Notes: generated by a model not told the origin, from the letters alone. Counted from the stretch's first letter, positions 28,809-39,054 are shown. The stretch: DNA of 47,466 bases from Armatimonadota bacterium (GCA_043754515.1 JAYUUO010000081.1:1-47466), one strand, 5' to 3'. Numbers and translations are program-made.

Positions 28809-30734
28809 CTACCTGGAAAGATTTTCGTCGGCTTTTTTCGTGGCGTCCTTTTCACCCGGTTGCGCGGTACGGTAGGCTTGTTGGGGGTGGTTTGGCTCAT
28901 TAGGGTAAACAAACACCACCTCGTCGCTTCGCAAAAGAGGGCGCAGGTGTTTATCGGAAAGGTGCGTTGGGTTTCGGCGAGTGAGACGGGCAAGTTGTGG
29001 TAGCGATAAGTCGTTCCATGCACAAAGAGCCAGCAAAAGGTGCTTCATCTGGGCGGGCGGCGTTCTCCCTTTCAAGTCGCGTAGCATAGATTGAAGATAA
29101 AGCGGAGCTGTCGCAGTATCTGGTAACGACACCGACTCCACAGGTAACGCACTATCTGGGGAGTGGAGGTTCACAGGTAACGCACTATCTGGAGAGTTTG
29201 GGTCTGTGGATAAGCCGCTATGAACAGAGTCATCCCACGCCCTGAGCAGGCGAGTACCGGCGATGTAGTACGTCGCGACACCGCTTCCCCGCTGTTCCAG
29301 CAAACCCATTTCGCGCAGTCGTTGCAATCGGCGGCTGGTAAAAAGCGTGTCACGTCCGGTGAGGCTACGAGCAATCGCGTTGCTGATTGCTCCTGTTTCC
29401 CGCACCGTGACGAGGTAGCGTGCGTCCTCATCATCCAACTGGCAGTCGCCCAAAGTAGCGAGCCATGCCGTGTCGGATTCGTTCAAAAAATGATGTAGCA
29501 AAAACGTCGCCGTGAACTGGTCGGCTCCCCGGTCAGACTCGAACAGCGGTGGAATTAGCCCCGCTGTTTTCATTTCGCGTTGCATCGTGGCGATCCCCGA
29601 TCCCTTTGTTTCCGCAGGTCCCGCTTCATGCACCACGGCGGCGATTTTTTCGTTGCGAATTACCGATCCCGGTGCTCCAAGTTTATCGTCCGCTTTTAGC
29701 GAAAAGCCAGGGTTGCGGATTTCTAACCGATTTGTGTAACGGATGATTTGTATCGGGTCACGTTGACGGTAAGATCGGTGAATAAGCGCGTTCACCACGG
29801 CTTCGCGGATGACCTCGCGGGGAAGCCGGGGGATGTCGCGCCGGTGGATGCCATCCGGCGCGAGCGAAAACGCTGACGGAATATCACCGAGAATCTGACC
29901 GACGACACGGCTGATGAGTGGTAGCAACGCACCGCGCATTTCCACGGTTTGGAACCGCTCCGCCGGGTCTCTGACCCATTCGCGCCCTTCCACCAGAATG
30001 TAGTCCACACGTAGCATTGGATAAAAGCGGCGTGACGCTACCTCCGTGCCGAACAAAACAAGTCCGGCAACGGTGGGGACGAGCCGCCCGTTGTGCCGCG
30101 TTGTCGCGCCGAGTGTAAAGAGTAGGTCGCTATCAGAATACGTTAATTCGATGGCATCGGCTTTTTGTTCACGGCGCAACCGGCGATATTCATTCAGTGC
30201 CTCCGGCGACAAGTCCGAAAGGTCTGCGGATGGTTCGGCAGTCTCGTCGTAACTGTGTTGCCCACGTCCGCCGTAAAGTAGGGCGATGTCGTCATCCGTA
30301 CAAGGGGTATCGCTGGTGGATACACGGCGGAACGCACCACCGGGCAAGCCCCGCGATTTGACGTACACCGGCTTTTGCGTCGGCACGACTTCGGGAACGT
30401 GTATAATCACCGCGTCTTTAGCACTACTGGGGTGTCGCTCCACACGGATCATCGGACGTAGTGGAACGTTAAAAGCGTCGCGGCACAACGCGGCGAAATC
30501 CTGCTCCCATTTGGCGACGTTCGGAACACCAACAACCTCGTAGTCGTAGAACAATGCACCGGGGCGCAAAGTGACACCACAAACGATGTAGCCGCCGCCC
30601 AGGCCGGGTTCGTTGCTAAACGCGGAAACTGTTTCGAGCAGACTTTTGCCCGGTGTGCTACCGGCTTTGGCTTCAATATCCACGGATTCGTCGCCGTCGT
30701 GGAGGCGTTGCAAAATCTCGGCAAGGGTCAACAA
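28809..30734 (-). CDS. Schlafen/AlbA_2 + HATPase_c_4 (RecG-C-like) + wHTH protein
   Basis: ESVDIEAK...VSAFSN..GGGYIVCGV; REAVVNALIHRSY, LEIRNPG, RN..IA, ETKGSGI; C-terminal PNHPQQAY. Confidence 0.85.
   Translation of the reverse strand: MLTLAEILQRLHDGDESVDIEAKAGSTPGKSLLETVSAFSNEPGLGGGYIVCGVTLRPGALFYDYEVVGVPNVAKWEQDFAALCRDAFNVPLRPMIRVERHPSSAKDAVIIHVPEVVPTQKPVYVKSRGLPGGAFRRVSTSDTPCTDDDIALLYGGRGQHSYDETAEPSADLSDLSPEALNEYRRLRREQKADAIELTYSDSDLLFTLGATTRHNGRLVPTVAGLVLFGTEVASRRFYPMLRVDYILVEGREWVRDPAERFQTVEMRGALLPLISRVVGQILGDIPSAFSLAPDGIHRRDIPRLPREVIREAVVNALIHRSYRQRDPIQIIRYTNRLEIRNPGFSLKADDKLGAPGSVIRNEKIAAVVHEAGPAETKGSGIATMQREMKTAGLIPPLFESDRGADQFTATFLLHHFLNESDTAWLATLGDCQLDDEDARYLVTVRETGAISNAIARSLTGRDTLFTSRRLQRLREMGLLEQRGSGVATYYIAGTRLLRAWDDSVHSGLSTDPNSPDSALPVNLHSPDSALPVESVSLPDTATAPLYLQSMLRDLKGRTPPAQMKHLLLALCAWNDLSLPQLARLTRRNPTHLSDKHLRPLLRSDEVVFVYPNEPNHPQQAYRTAQPGEKDATKKADENLSR
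29139..29192. repeat. In-frame 33-bp-period duplication (SPDSALPV x2)
   Basis: CACAGGTAACGCACTATCTGG at 29139-29159 and 29172-29192. Confidence 0.85.
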
Positions 30735-32074
30735 GAGGCGGGTTCTTTCACGTTTCGGAATCGTTCTATCATATCGCCCGGTAGCCGCACTGTACCTCTG
30801 ATCAATTTCGGTAGCAGGGCGTCCCGAAGCGCGGCGAGTGTCTGCGATTCTTCAATATTTGTCTGATACTTGAAATGCAGTGGAGCAACCATGGCCGTGT
30901 AAGCATTGATGACTTCAACACTGGGAACGATGCTTTTTTGATTCATAAGATCGTCAGGTTTGACCCGTTGATGACTTTTCGATGTTCCTGTAACCTTTCC
31001 AGCGAATGTGTCCAAAAATTTTTGAGACTGAAATAAGCTATACAGAAACTCACGACTTGCAATCTCGCTCGGCGAAACAACAAGAAACTCCGTGGATGCA
31101 ATTGCTCTTAAATGAGGTTTGACCACAGGTAGCCATATACGAGGCGTCTCAGGGTTTAATTTCGAGATTAGAATATTATCATTTGTGACACCAAACTTAT
31201 TACTAAGTATCGTCGCGCCGTAGTCTATGCTCGGATTCTTGCCGTTGTCGTGTGCTGGTAGGCTAAAGTGAGCAAATTGCTCTTCAGGATAACGATTTGG
31301 AATAACTGTTGACCTGTCGAAGTGACAAAGTGTCGAAATAAGCGCGACTGTCCACCCCTCCGGTATCACGCCAAGCGCACCGTCCACGAACGCGGATGGG
31401 AACAACGCTGCAGTCGCCGCGTCCATGCCCGCCGGGATTTCGCCGCTTGCCTTCGCCCGCACCGGGTCGAAACGCACAAACCACGACTCGTACACGGCGC
31501 GAGCCATCGTTTCCAGCGTCTCATTCATGCGCCGGTTGAGGTCGATCTTATCATCGAACGCCCCGAGAACGTGTGCGATGGCGCGTTGCTCCGCGAGGGG
31601 CGGCACGGGAATGGTAAAGCCTTCAAAATCTTTACCTGATAAATTGGGGAACACGGAGCCCGCACATAACGATAAAAGCCGGTCAAGATTGCTTATCAAT
31701 GAGTAGTTGAGAAACGTTGTGTCGTTGTCTCGATTGGCGCGGATTCCTGCTACCCCACGTCCCAAGCAATACTCTTTATCTGAAAGGTTCATGCGCCCGG
31801 TCGTTGAACCACGAACGCAAAAAATAATGTCCCCAACTTTACTAACTTTAGTGGGTGCATCCGTCCAAACTGTGACTACGGGATGGCGTCCGCCAAACTC
31901 TGTTGGTCCGTTTAATAAGGGTAATCCTTGACCCGTTTTGTTGTAAGTGCTCCCCTCGGGGGATTGTCCCATAATAACATTCGCTATTGAGCCGAGTTGT
32001 TTGGTTTGCCATCCATTGAGCAGGGCATCAGCGACGTAGTTTTGAATTGGAGAATTCGGTTCGGTTTCAGTCAT
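30728..32074 (-). CDS. hsdS: Type I R-M specificity subunit
   Basis: Two TRDs joined by PPLAEQRAIAHVLGAFDDKIDLNRRMNETLE...IPEGW; C-terminal LAALRDALLPKL. Confidence 0.95.
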   Translation of the reverse strand: MTETEPNSPIQNYVADALLNGWQTKQLGSIANVIMGQSPEGSTYNKTGQGLPLLNGPTEFGGRHPVVTVWTDAPTKVSKVGDIIFCVRGSTTGRMNLSDKEYCLGRGVAGIRANRDNDTTFLNYSLISNLDRLLSLCAGSVFPNLSGKDFEGFTIPVPPLAEQRAIAHVLGAFDDKIDLNRRMNETLETMARAVYESWFVRFDPVRAKASGEIPAGMDAATAALFPSAFVDGALGVIPEGWTVALISTLCHFDRSTVIPNRYPEEQFAHFSLPAHDNGKNPSIDYGATILSNKFGVTNDNILISKLNPETPRIWLPVVKPHLRAIASTEFLVVSPSEIASREFLYSLFQSQKFLDTFAGKVTGTSKSHQRVKPDDLMNQKSIVPSVEVINAYTAMVAPLHFKYQTNIEESQTLAALRDALLPKLIRGTVRLPGDMIERFRNVKEPASC

Positions 32075-33159
32075 ACCTTTTGTGATTCCTCGCTACGGGT
32101 CAGTATCTCGTACAATGCCGTATTGATGTAGTAGTTCGACCGACCGATCTTCTGCATCTGCAAAAAGCCGTCCGCCGTCAACAGTTCCAAATAGCGCGTC
32201 GCCGTTGGGCGCGACACCCCCAGCTCCCGCTCCAAAAACTCGATCTTCGTGTACGGGTGCATAAATAAATCGTTGATCAAATCCTGCGAGTAAAACTTGT
32301 GCCGACTGCGGATGCGCCGCTTGTAATCGCCGAACGCCCCGTTTATATCCTGCACCGTGATAATCGTCTGCCGCGCCGTTTCCTCAATCGCGTTCAGCAT
32401 ATACAAAATCCACGCCTCCCAGTCGTCATCATCCCGAACCGCTTGCAGGAGCCGGTAGTATTCGCTTTTAGTGCGGTTGATGGTTCGGCTCAAATACAAA
32501 ACTGGGATGTCGAGCAGTTCTTTCAGCACCAAATACAGAACGTTGATAATACGTCCGGTGCGCCCGTTGCCGTCGTAAAACGGGTGAATGCTCTCGAACT
32601 GATAATGAACTATCGCCATTTTTACCAATGGGTCGGCGTCGAGAAGCGCGTCCTCATTGATAAACCGCTCCAAATCCGACATCAGCGACACGATAGTGTC
32701 GTAGTCTTGCGGCGGCACATACACCGTTTCGCCAGTCTGGTCGTTTCGCAGTTCGGTCCCGGGAACGCGGCGAAAACCCGCGTGGTTATGTTCCAGCGTA
32801 TTCTGAATTTCAAGAACATGATTTACGGACAGAAAGCCGTTCTTATGCACCAGATCGTATCCGGCACGTAACGCCTGCGCGTAGTGGCGCACTTCTTTGG
32901 TCGCCGCGTTCTCCGCATATTCGGGGAACAGCGATTCGCGGTATAACTCGTCGTGCGTGGTCACGATGTTCTCGATCGCCGAACTGTCTTTCGCCTCCTG
33001 AAGCGTCAAGGAGTTAATTAGAATCGCCGGGTTGGGAACCGACGCGGACACGCCCTTAAGTTCCGCAAGGCGTCGCCCCGCGGTCGTTACCTTTTTTAAG
33101 ATAGCCGGTGTTTCCCACCGCGCTTGTTTCTCACGGATTATCGAATCAAGTTTCTCCAT
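32071..33159 (-). CDS. Fic-family protein (class II) with C-terminal HTH
   Basis: HPFYDGNGRTGR catalytic motif; SSAIEN inhibitory motif; LGVSRPTATRYL HTH. Start ATG 33159. Confidence 0.92.
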   Translation of the reverse strand: MEKLDSIIREKQARWETPAILKKVTTAGRRLAELKGVSASVPNPAILINSLTLQEAKDSSAIENIVTTHDELYRESLFPEYAENAATKEVRHYAQALRAGYDLVHKNGFLSVNHVLEIQNTLEHNHAGFRRVPGTELRNDQTGETVYVPPQDYDTIVSLMSDLERFINEDALLDADPLVKMAIVHYQFESIHPFYDGNGRTGRIINVLYLVLKELLDIPVLYLSRTINRTKSEYYRLLQAVRDDDDWEAWILYMLNAIEETARQTIITVQDINGAFGDYKRRIRSRHKFYSQDLINDLFMHPYTKIEFLERELGVSRPTATRYLELLTADGFLQMQKIGRSNYYINTALYEILTRSEESQKV

Positions 33160-33198
33160 CTCGCCTCTTCCCTGTTTAGTGCGAATAAAATGACTTCC

Positions 33199-33296
33199 TT
33201 CTTTTACACGATGTTGCCATGTGTCAACAAAATACTCTTTTTCTTTATACGTTTTTGGAATGTGTAAAGAAAGTGGCACTTTTCTTTACACGTTTT
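33199..33296. promoter_or_regulatory. Cluster of repeated operator-like boxes upstream of fic
   Basis: TTCTTT(T)A[C/T]ACG at ~33199, ~33241 and ~33282; inverted copy GTGTAAAGAAA at 33262; TTGACA on the minus strand at 33227-33222. Confidence 0.55.
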
Positions 33297-35040
33297 AAGC
33301 CGTGTATCCCATCACCCGAAGATTCTCCTGAATCGTCGTTTCCAGTCGGTCGGACTCGGTGAACTGCTCCGATAATCCTTCCGACAGCCGCGTCATCATC
33401 GCGTCGAACGGCTCCGCGTTCTCGTCAATCTCCACGTCCGTCGCACCGACATACCGCCCCGGCGTCAGCACAAATCCCTGCGCCGCCATTTCCGCGAGCG
33501 TCGCCGACTTGCAGAAGCCCGATACGTCGGCGTAGTTTTCGCCGCGTTGCCAAGCGTGGTAGGTTCCGGCGATCTGCGCCGTGTCCGCCTCGTCTAAGAC
33601 TCGTAACACCCGGCTTGCCATGCGACCCAGTTTGCGGGCATCGAGAAACAGCGTTTCGCCGGGGCGCGACTTCTTGCGGCTCAGAAACCATAGGCAAACC
33701 GGAATCGGCGTCGTGAAAAACAGTTGCCCCGGTAGCGCGACGATGGCGTCCACAACGTCTCCCTCGATTAGTCTCTGCCGGATGTCGCCTTCGCCGCCCG
33801 ACCCACTCGACATTGAACCGTTGGCGAGCACGAAGCCCGCCTTGCCTCGCGGCGATAGGTGATGCACCATGTGCTGAATCCAAGCGTAGTTGGCGTTGCC
33901 GACGGGCGGGACGCCGAACTTCCAGCGCACGTCCTCTTTGAGTCCTACGCCGCCCCAGTCCGAGATGTTAAACGGCGGGTTGGCTAAGATGAAATCGGCT
34001 TTCAGATCGGGGTGCTGGTCGGCGTGGAACGTGTCGGCGTGGGACGCGCCGAGGTTGCCCTCGATATGCCGGATGGCGAGGTTCATCTTGGCGAGTTTCC
34101 ACGTCGTCGCGTTGAGTTCCTGACCGTACACCGACAGGTCATTGAACCGCCCGCCGTGGCTCGCTACGAACTTTTCGGACTGAACAAACATCCCGCCTGA
34201 ACCGCAACATGGGTCGTACACCTTGCCCTTGAACGGCTCCAGCATCTCGACCAGAAGCCGTACCACGGAGGGTGGCGTATAGAACTCGCCGCCGCGCTTG
34301 CCCTCGCCCGCCGCGAACTTGCCGAGGAAGTATTCGTAGACCTTGCCCATGTAGTCGGTGGTCTTGCCGTTACCCTCGCCGCCTTCCTGCAGGTTGCCGA
34401 CGAGGTCAACGAGTTCGCCGAGCCGCCGCTTGTCGAGCGAGGGGCGGGCATACTCTTTCGGCAGTACCCCGCGAAGCGCCGGGTTTTCTTTTTCGAGTGC
34501 GAGCATAGCGGCGTCTATCGCCTCGCCGACCTGCGGGGTGCGGGCTTGCGCGGCGAGATGCGACCAGCGCGCCTCCTGCGGAACCCAGAAGATGCCCTCC
34601 GCCCGGTACTCGTCGCGGTCTTCGGCAACTCCGTACCGCGCCGCTTCCTCCTTCACGAACAGATCGCTTTGGGGGTTCGCCGCATCGGTCAGCAAGGAAT
34701 CATAGCGCGACTCGAACGCCGCCGAACAGTGACGTAAAAAGACAAGCCCCAGAACGACGTGCTTGTATTCGGCGGCGTCCATGCTCCCGCGCAGTTTATC
34801 GGCCGCGAGCCACAGCACGGTTTCGAGGGATGGCGCGGCGCGTTCCGTCTTGTAGCGGCGCGGCGTCCACGCGGCGACTTCGGTTTCGGACAGCATCTTC
34901 TGTCCCGCCACCATATACTCCCGCAGGTTCTTCTCTTCGACCGCTTTGTAAACGGCATTCGGTGTCACGCCCTTGAGTTCCGCCGCCGCCTTGATGGTCA
35001 TGTACGCAACTGTCTCCGCACTGCTCTGTTCACTATCCAT
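33295..35040 (-). CDS. hsdM: Type I R-M N6-adenine methyltransferase with an N-terminal HTH
   Basis: [29 protein letters not shown]-terminal [22 protein letters not shown] (excisionase/MerR-like HTH). Confidence 0.95.
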   Translation of the reverse strand: MDSEQSSAETVAYMTIKAAAELKGVTPNAVYKAVEEKNLREYMVAGQKMLSETEVAAWTPRRYKTERAAPSLETVLWLAADKLRGSMDAAEYKHVVLGLVFLRHCSAAFESRYDSLLTDAANPQSDLFVKEEAARYGVAEDRDEYRAEGIFWVPQEARWSHLAAQARTPQVGEAIDAAMLALEKENPALRGVLPKEYARPSLDKRRLGELVDLVGNLQEGGEGNGKTTDYMGKVYEYFLGKFAAGEGKRGGEFYTPPSVVRLLVEMLEPFKGKVYDPCCGSGGMFVQSEKFVASHGGRFNDLSVYGQELNATTWKLAKMNLAIRHIEGNLGASHADTFHADQHPDLKADFILANPPFNISDWGGVGLKEDVRWKFGVPPVGNANYAWIQHMVHHLSPRGKAGFVLANGSMSSGSGGEGDIRQRLIEGDVVDAIVALPGQLFFTTPIPVCLWFLSRKKSRPGETLFLDARKLGRMASRVLRVLDEADTAQIAGTYHAWQRGENYADVSGFCKSATLAEMAAQGFVLTPGRYVGATDVEIDENAEPFDAMMTRLSEGLSEQFTESDRLETTIQENLRVMGYTA

Positions 35041-35059
35041 TCGCTCCCCCGTACTTTAT

Positions 35060-35105
35060 AAGTTAAATCAGATTTAACTTTATCGCACCCATGTGGGATT
35101 GTCAA
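35060..35105 (-). promoter_or_regulatory. Sigma70 promoter of hsdM overlapped by a perfect palindrome
   Basis: TTGACA (35105-35100)-17 bp-TAAAGT (35082-35077); AAGTTAAATC-A-GATTTAACTT at 35060-35080. Confidence 0.7.
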
Positions 35106-35489
35106 ATGAAGTCTTTCCCGCTGTGTAGCGACAGGGTATCGTAGAGGAAGAAAGCGTTTCATTCCTAACCAAGTATCCGCGCTACATTGCCGAACGTCAC
35201 GGACGGGCATACCGTTTCCCTACAGAAGGGTGTTATCCCCGAAGTTACGGCAAACGAGCTAAGCGATTCCGCGACCGAACCTGTCACCGAGTTTTGGCTT
35301 AGTTTGAGTATTCCCGGTGCGCTCGGTTATTCTGCATTTATTTACGGAACGCTCATTTGGGGCATTCGATACACTGTCTCGGAAGGCCCAAGGGTGAAAT
35401 TACTGTTGCCGTGCTTTCTTCTTTCTTCGCCGTTACCTTGAACATTTGGATTGGCTTTTTCACTTACCAACTGAAAAACAAGAAGTTGT

Positions 35490-36032
35490 TCAAATGGCAG
35501 AGTCCACAACGCGCTGGATTCCAGTGCGCGGTGCGCCGCGTTGGATCTGACGCAGTCGCTCTCGAATCTTGTTTCTCTCCTGTTCGATAAGCCTATGGTT
35601 CTTCGCTTCACCCTCGGAAAACCGAAGACCATAGTGTTTATTAGTATTAATATCTATAGTTTTCGATTCGCCGACATCGCTTTTCGCTTTTCGTAGAGCG
35701 TCTACGCTCACGCTATAGAAACGCCGACCGATGGCACACTGTCGCTCGGACGCTGTGACAAGACGCCTACCGCTTTCGTCGGTGACGGCCAGCAGGCCGC
35801 GATTCGATAGCGATCCGATAGCGGCGGACACGGCTTCACTGGCGCGACCGGTGCGCCGCCTGAGTTCTCCACTGGTCATCCACACCGAAGCCCGCTCCTG
35901 CCTGGCAACATGGGTTTGCCGAAGCACAACAAGAAGCACCCTTAGTTCAGTGTCTTTGAGCGTCGGCAACACCTCATCCACAAACAGCACGGGCAAGAAA
36001 ACGCCAAGATTGTCACGTCCGTCACTTGTCAT
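35490..36032 (-). CDS. Replication-initiator-like wHTH protein
   Basis: FVDEVLPTLKDTELRVLLVVLRQT...SGELRRRTGRASEAVSAAIGSL, resembling phage O/replisome-organiser N-termini. Confidence 0.6.
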   Translation of the reverse strand: MTSDGRDNLGVFLPVLFVDEVLPTLKDTELRVLLVVLRQTHVARQERASVWMTSGELRRRTGRASEAVSAAIGSLSNRGLLAVTDESGRRLVTASERQCAIGRRFYSVSVDALRKAKSDVGESKTIDINTNKHYGLRFSEGEAKNHRLIEQERNKIRERLRQIQRGAPRTGIQRVVDSAI

Positions 36033-36760
36033 GGCGATTCACTTTCGCTGACTGGGGCGGCGTAGTCGCCCCGGATCGCGGCGACCAGGTATCGCGCCGG
36101 GTTCCTCGCCCCGCGTGCCGGGAGCCAGTCGAGTTGTTTCTGGATGACGTCGCGCGGGAATCCGGCGAGTAGCTCGTCGGCTTCGTCCCGTGTCAGGCCT
36201 ACGTCGAGCAGAGCGCGACGCAGTCCGGCGTCCGGCGAACCGTCCCCAGCTCCCGACTCCCCATGCCCGAGTCCCCCGGCGACGATGCGCTCCACCTCCT
36301 CAAGGGGCTTCGCGTACCTGTCCCGGCTCCGCGCGATCAGTTCCTCGCGGGACGCCGTGGCGTAGGGGACCGATTCCCCCGCGCCGTCACCCTCCTTCTC
36401 CTCGTGCGCGTGGGTGACGACGCCGTACCCCGGCGCGTAGAAGGTCGGGGCTTGCTCCCGCGTTATCTCGGCCAGAACCGGCGTGTCCCGCCACGACAAC
36501 CGGCACAACGCCCGGAGACGCTCGGCCGCGTGTTTCTCGCTGATGCCGAGTGCCCGCGCCACCTGATCCGCCGTCGCCTGGATGCGCCCGTCCGCCGTCA
36601 GAAAGGTCAGCACGGCGACGAGGGCGCGGAACTCGCGGTCGGGAACGATGGCGAGGAAGCCTTCCGTTCTGAGAGCGGGCGCGATGACGAGCCGTGTGTC
36701 CGGCACAAACCGGGTGGGGCGCGTCCCCTCCCTTCGATGCTCCACGGCGAACGCGCTCAT
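36029..36760 (-). CDS. Hypothetical replication-associated protein (wHTH, DnaD-like tail)
   Basis: QVARALGISEKHA HTH; C-terminal QLDWLPARGARNPARYLVAAIRGDY; ATGA-coupled on both sides. Confidence 0.6.
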   Translation of the reverse strand: MSAFAVEHRREGTRPTRFVPDTRLVIAPALRTEGFLAIVPDREFRALVAVLTFLTADGRIQATADQVARALGISEKHAAERLRALCRLSWRDTPVLAEITREQAPTFYAPGYGVVTHAHEEKEGDGAGESVPYATASREELIARSRDRYAKPLEEVERIVAGGLGHGESGAGDGSPDAGLRRALLDVGLTRDEADELLAGFPRDVIQKQLDWLPARGARNPARYLVAAIRGDYAAPVSESESP

Positions 36761-36993
36761 AAAGTCCTCCCGACCGCCTCGGTCGGCGACTCCGGTCGTG
36801 ACACGGCGGCGATCACGCGACCCACCAGCCGGTTCAATCGCTTTTTGTCGCGGAAGGATAAGTCGTCAACCGGTACACCACCAAGCATTCGCACAAACAC
36901 GCGGGCGAGGTCATCAAGCCACGCCACGTAGTGGGAAGACCGCGCGGGATTTCGGGCACCTATAAGCAAGCCGGGGCGTTTAGCATCGGTCAT
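36757..36993 (-). CDS. Small hypothetical protein
   Basis: 78 aa, ATGA overlap with the downstream gene. Confidence 0.5.
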   Translation of the reverse strand: MTDAKRPGLLIGARNPARSSHYVAWLDDLARVFVRMLGGVPVDDLSFRDKKRLNRLVGRVIAAVSRPESPTEAVGRTL

Positions 36994-37015
36994 GGCGAGA
37001 AGTTAAAGGGATGAT

Positions 37016-37543
37016 TTAGAGCGACCGGGGAATTAGAAGGAAAAACAGGACGAAGAGGGAAGCGGCGGTTAGCAAGCCGAAGCACAGATCCTCCTCCATC
37101 GAGCCGGTGATCACGCGCCAGCCTTTCGGGAGCAGGTGGAAGCGGCGACGGTTCGGGTACAGGAGCGGGATGCCGGTCTTGGTCATGGCGTCGAGGAGCA
37201 GATGACTGGCGTAGCCGAGCACCAGCCCGACCCCGGCGGAGACACCGAAATAGTAGCCGAGGGGTAGACCTGCGACGACTGCGAAGAGTACGACGCCCCA
37301 GAGTGAGTGAAGCAGTCCCCGGTGTCCGAGGGTGCGATATATGATTTCGGACGGGATCAGGAACGGCTCGATCTTCGTGCCGAGCGACAGGTGCTTGATG
37401 TGCGACTCGCTGGCGTCGAGGTCGGGCAGGAGGCTCCCGAGCATGGCTAACAGCAACAGCGGCACCGGCTCGGCGAGACCCGCGAACGGCAGGGCTAGCG
37501 CGACCGAAGCGACCCCGCCCATCAGGTGGGTGCGCCACATCAT
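37016..37543 (-). CDS. YdjM-like metal-dependent membrane hydrolase
   Basis: WRTH, GSLLPDLD, GHRGLLHSL, GYASHLLLDAMT..GIPLLYP. Confidence 0.88.
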   Translation of the reverse strand: MMWRTHLMGGVASVALALPFAGLAEPVPLLLLAMLGSLLPDLDASESHIKHLSLGTKIEPFLIPSEIIYRTLGHRGLLHSLWGVVLFAVVAGLPLGYYFGVSAGVGLVLGYASHLLLDAMTKTGIPLLYPNRRRFHLLPKGWRVITGSMEEDLCFGLLTAASLFVLFFLLIPRSL

Positions 37544-37583
37544 GGCAGGTAATATAGCCGTATCAACAACCAGACCTTTGCAT

Positions 37584-38312
37584 TCATACGCTCACTGTAT
37601 GACAGAACACGCCATGAGAGCCAACGGCAACTGTCCTCCCCCTGCTTTCCGGGATCGCTTCCACCGACACGGTGACGCGCACGGATCGAGGTAACGAAGG
37701 CGGACTCGTGGCGCGGTCGGCGGGGCCGTTCCCGGTGCTTCGCCGTAGAAGGTCGGTGAAGAACGACTCGTCGAGGCCGAAACGCCCGCCGCCCGCCTCG
37801 CTCCACGCACCGACGCGGTGTGTGACGAGTAGGTCCAGTAGTTCCTCCCCGTCCACGAGCCGGACCGGGGCGAAGGGTGACGACGCCAGCCGCGATCTCT
37901 CCAACCGCTTCGAGACCGCGCCCGTTGTCAGGATCATGCCTTCCGCCGCGCCGGTTCTAAGACACGCGCCGCGCAGTTCGTCCACCGAGCGTTGGTACAC
38001 CGTCTTGCGCTCGTCGAACTGCTTGACCTGCATCAACACCCGGCGCGAACAACTGAAGGATGTTTTGTCGGCGGTCACGGCGGTCCGCATCGTGGCGAGT
38101 AGGTCATAGCCGCCCGCCGCGCCGTCTTTGCCGTTCCGCCCCCGGAAATCTTTGCGCGAGGTGAAGGCGATGTCGGTATAGCCCATCTTTTCCAGGAGCG
38201 TCCCCATCACGCGGGCGAAGCCGGAGAACGGCAGGGTCAGGAGCCGGTCTCGGAGCGCGGAGCGGAGAGCCGCGCCGTCCCGCTCGCTCTGGTTCCGGTC
38301 AAAGAGTGTCAT
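37584..38312 (-). CDS. Mrr-family restriction endonuclease (Mrr_cat)
   Basis: LLEKMGY, GGYDL, MQVKQF, VDELRG, GMILTTG, VRLVDGEELLDLL. Start at 38312 or 38324. Confidence 0.8.
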   Translation of the reverse strand: MTLFDRNQSERDGAALRSALRDRLLTLPFSGFARVMGTLLEKMGYTDIAFTSRKDFRGRNGKDGAAGGYDLLATMRTAVTADKTSFSCSRRVLMQVKQFDERKTVYQRSVDELRGACLRTGAAEGMILTTGAVSKRLERSRLASSPFAPVRLVDGEELLDLLVTHRVGAWSEAGGGRFGLDESFFTDLLRRSTGNGPADRATSPPSLPRSVRVTVSVEAIPESRGRTVAVGSHGVFCHTVSV

Positions 38313-38335
38313 GGATTCGAGCATAGTCGTGGTGT

Positions 38336-38809
38336 TTACTGGTTGGCTTGTAGGACAGGTATCGCTCCGGGGTAGCGGCACCAGTCTCCCGGTCTCGCGC
38401 CCTTCCACGCGGGCTTGAGGCGATCACTCCGCTCGTCGTAGGCTTCGGGCGGCAGGCACCCCTTGCACCCGCACAACGCGCAGGTCGAGCCGGTCGGGAA
38501 CGTGCCGTCCCCGCCGAACAGCTCGCGCGGCGACACGACGACTCCAAGCCGAAACGATACCGCGTCGGCGATGGCCTGCGCGAGCCTAAACGACGGCTGT
38601 TGCCGCCCCCCGGTCAGGCGCGAGATGGTGGAACGCGACACGTTGACGTCGGCGGCGAGCCGCGCGAACCCTTCGATGCCGTACCACGGGATGTGCAGAA
38701 GCACGGCGCGGAGCCGACTGCCGACCGGGGAAATGATCGGCACGGGTGACGGGTGTAGCCCCACCGGTCGTGGGGCGGTTTTCGAGGAAGCAACCAAAGT
38801 TTCGGACAT
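38336..38809 (-). CDS. XRE-like HTH protein with a Cys-rich C-terminus
   Basis: ARLAADVNVSRSTISRL..G...PSF; CALCGCKGCLP. Start ATG 38809 inferred. Confidence 0.75.
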   Translation of the reverse strand: MSETLVASSKTAPRPVGLHPSPVPIISPVGSRLRAVLLHIPWYGIEGFARLAADVNVSRSTISRLTGGRQQPSFRLAQAIADAVSFRLGVVVSPRELFGGDGTFPTGSTCALCGCKGCLPPEAYDERSDRLKPAWKGARPGDWCRYPGAIPVLQANQ

Positions 38810-39054
38810 GGGCACGATGCTATGCGGGTGAAGCGTCGCCGGTGTTTTCGCGACACAGCCATCATGACCGAACAAAGACCGAACACGCAACCTGCGTTGC
38901 GCGACGGGATACTCACAGGGTCCCCGCACAGCGGCGGGTCCACACAACACATCGCCACCACCGTTGTAAAGATAACCCGTCGAGAGTCGTGATTTGGGAC
39001 GGAAAAGGGGGGTGCACCACTGGTACACCCCCCCTCAATCCTAAGCGGATTTGA

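Noticed and set aside
35187..35590. Possible frameshifted two-TM membrane protein remnant on the + strand
   Set aside because: Hydrophobic stretches in two frames but no clear start or recognisable family.
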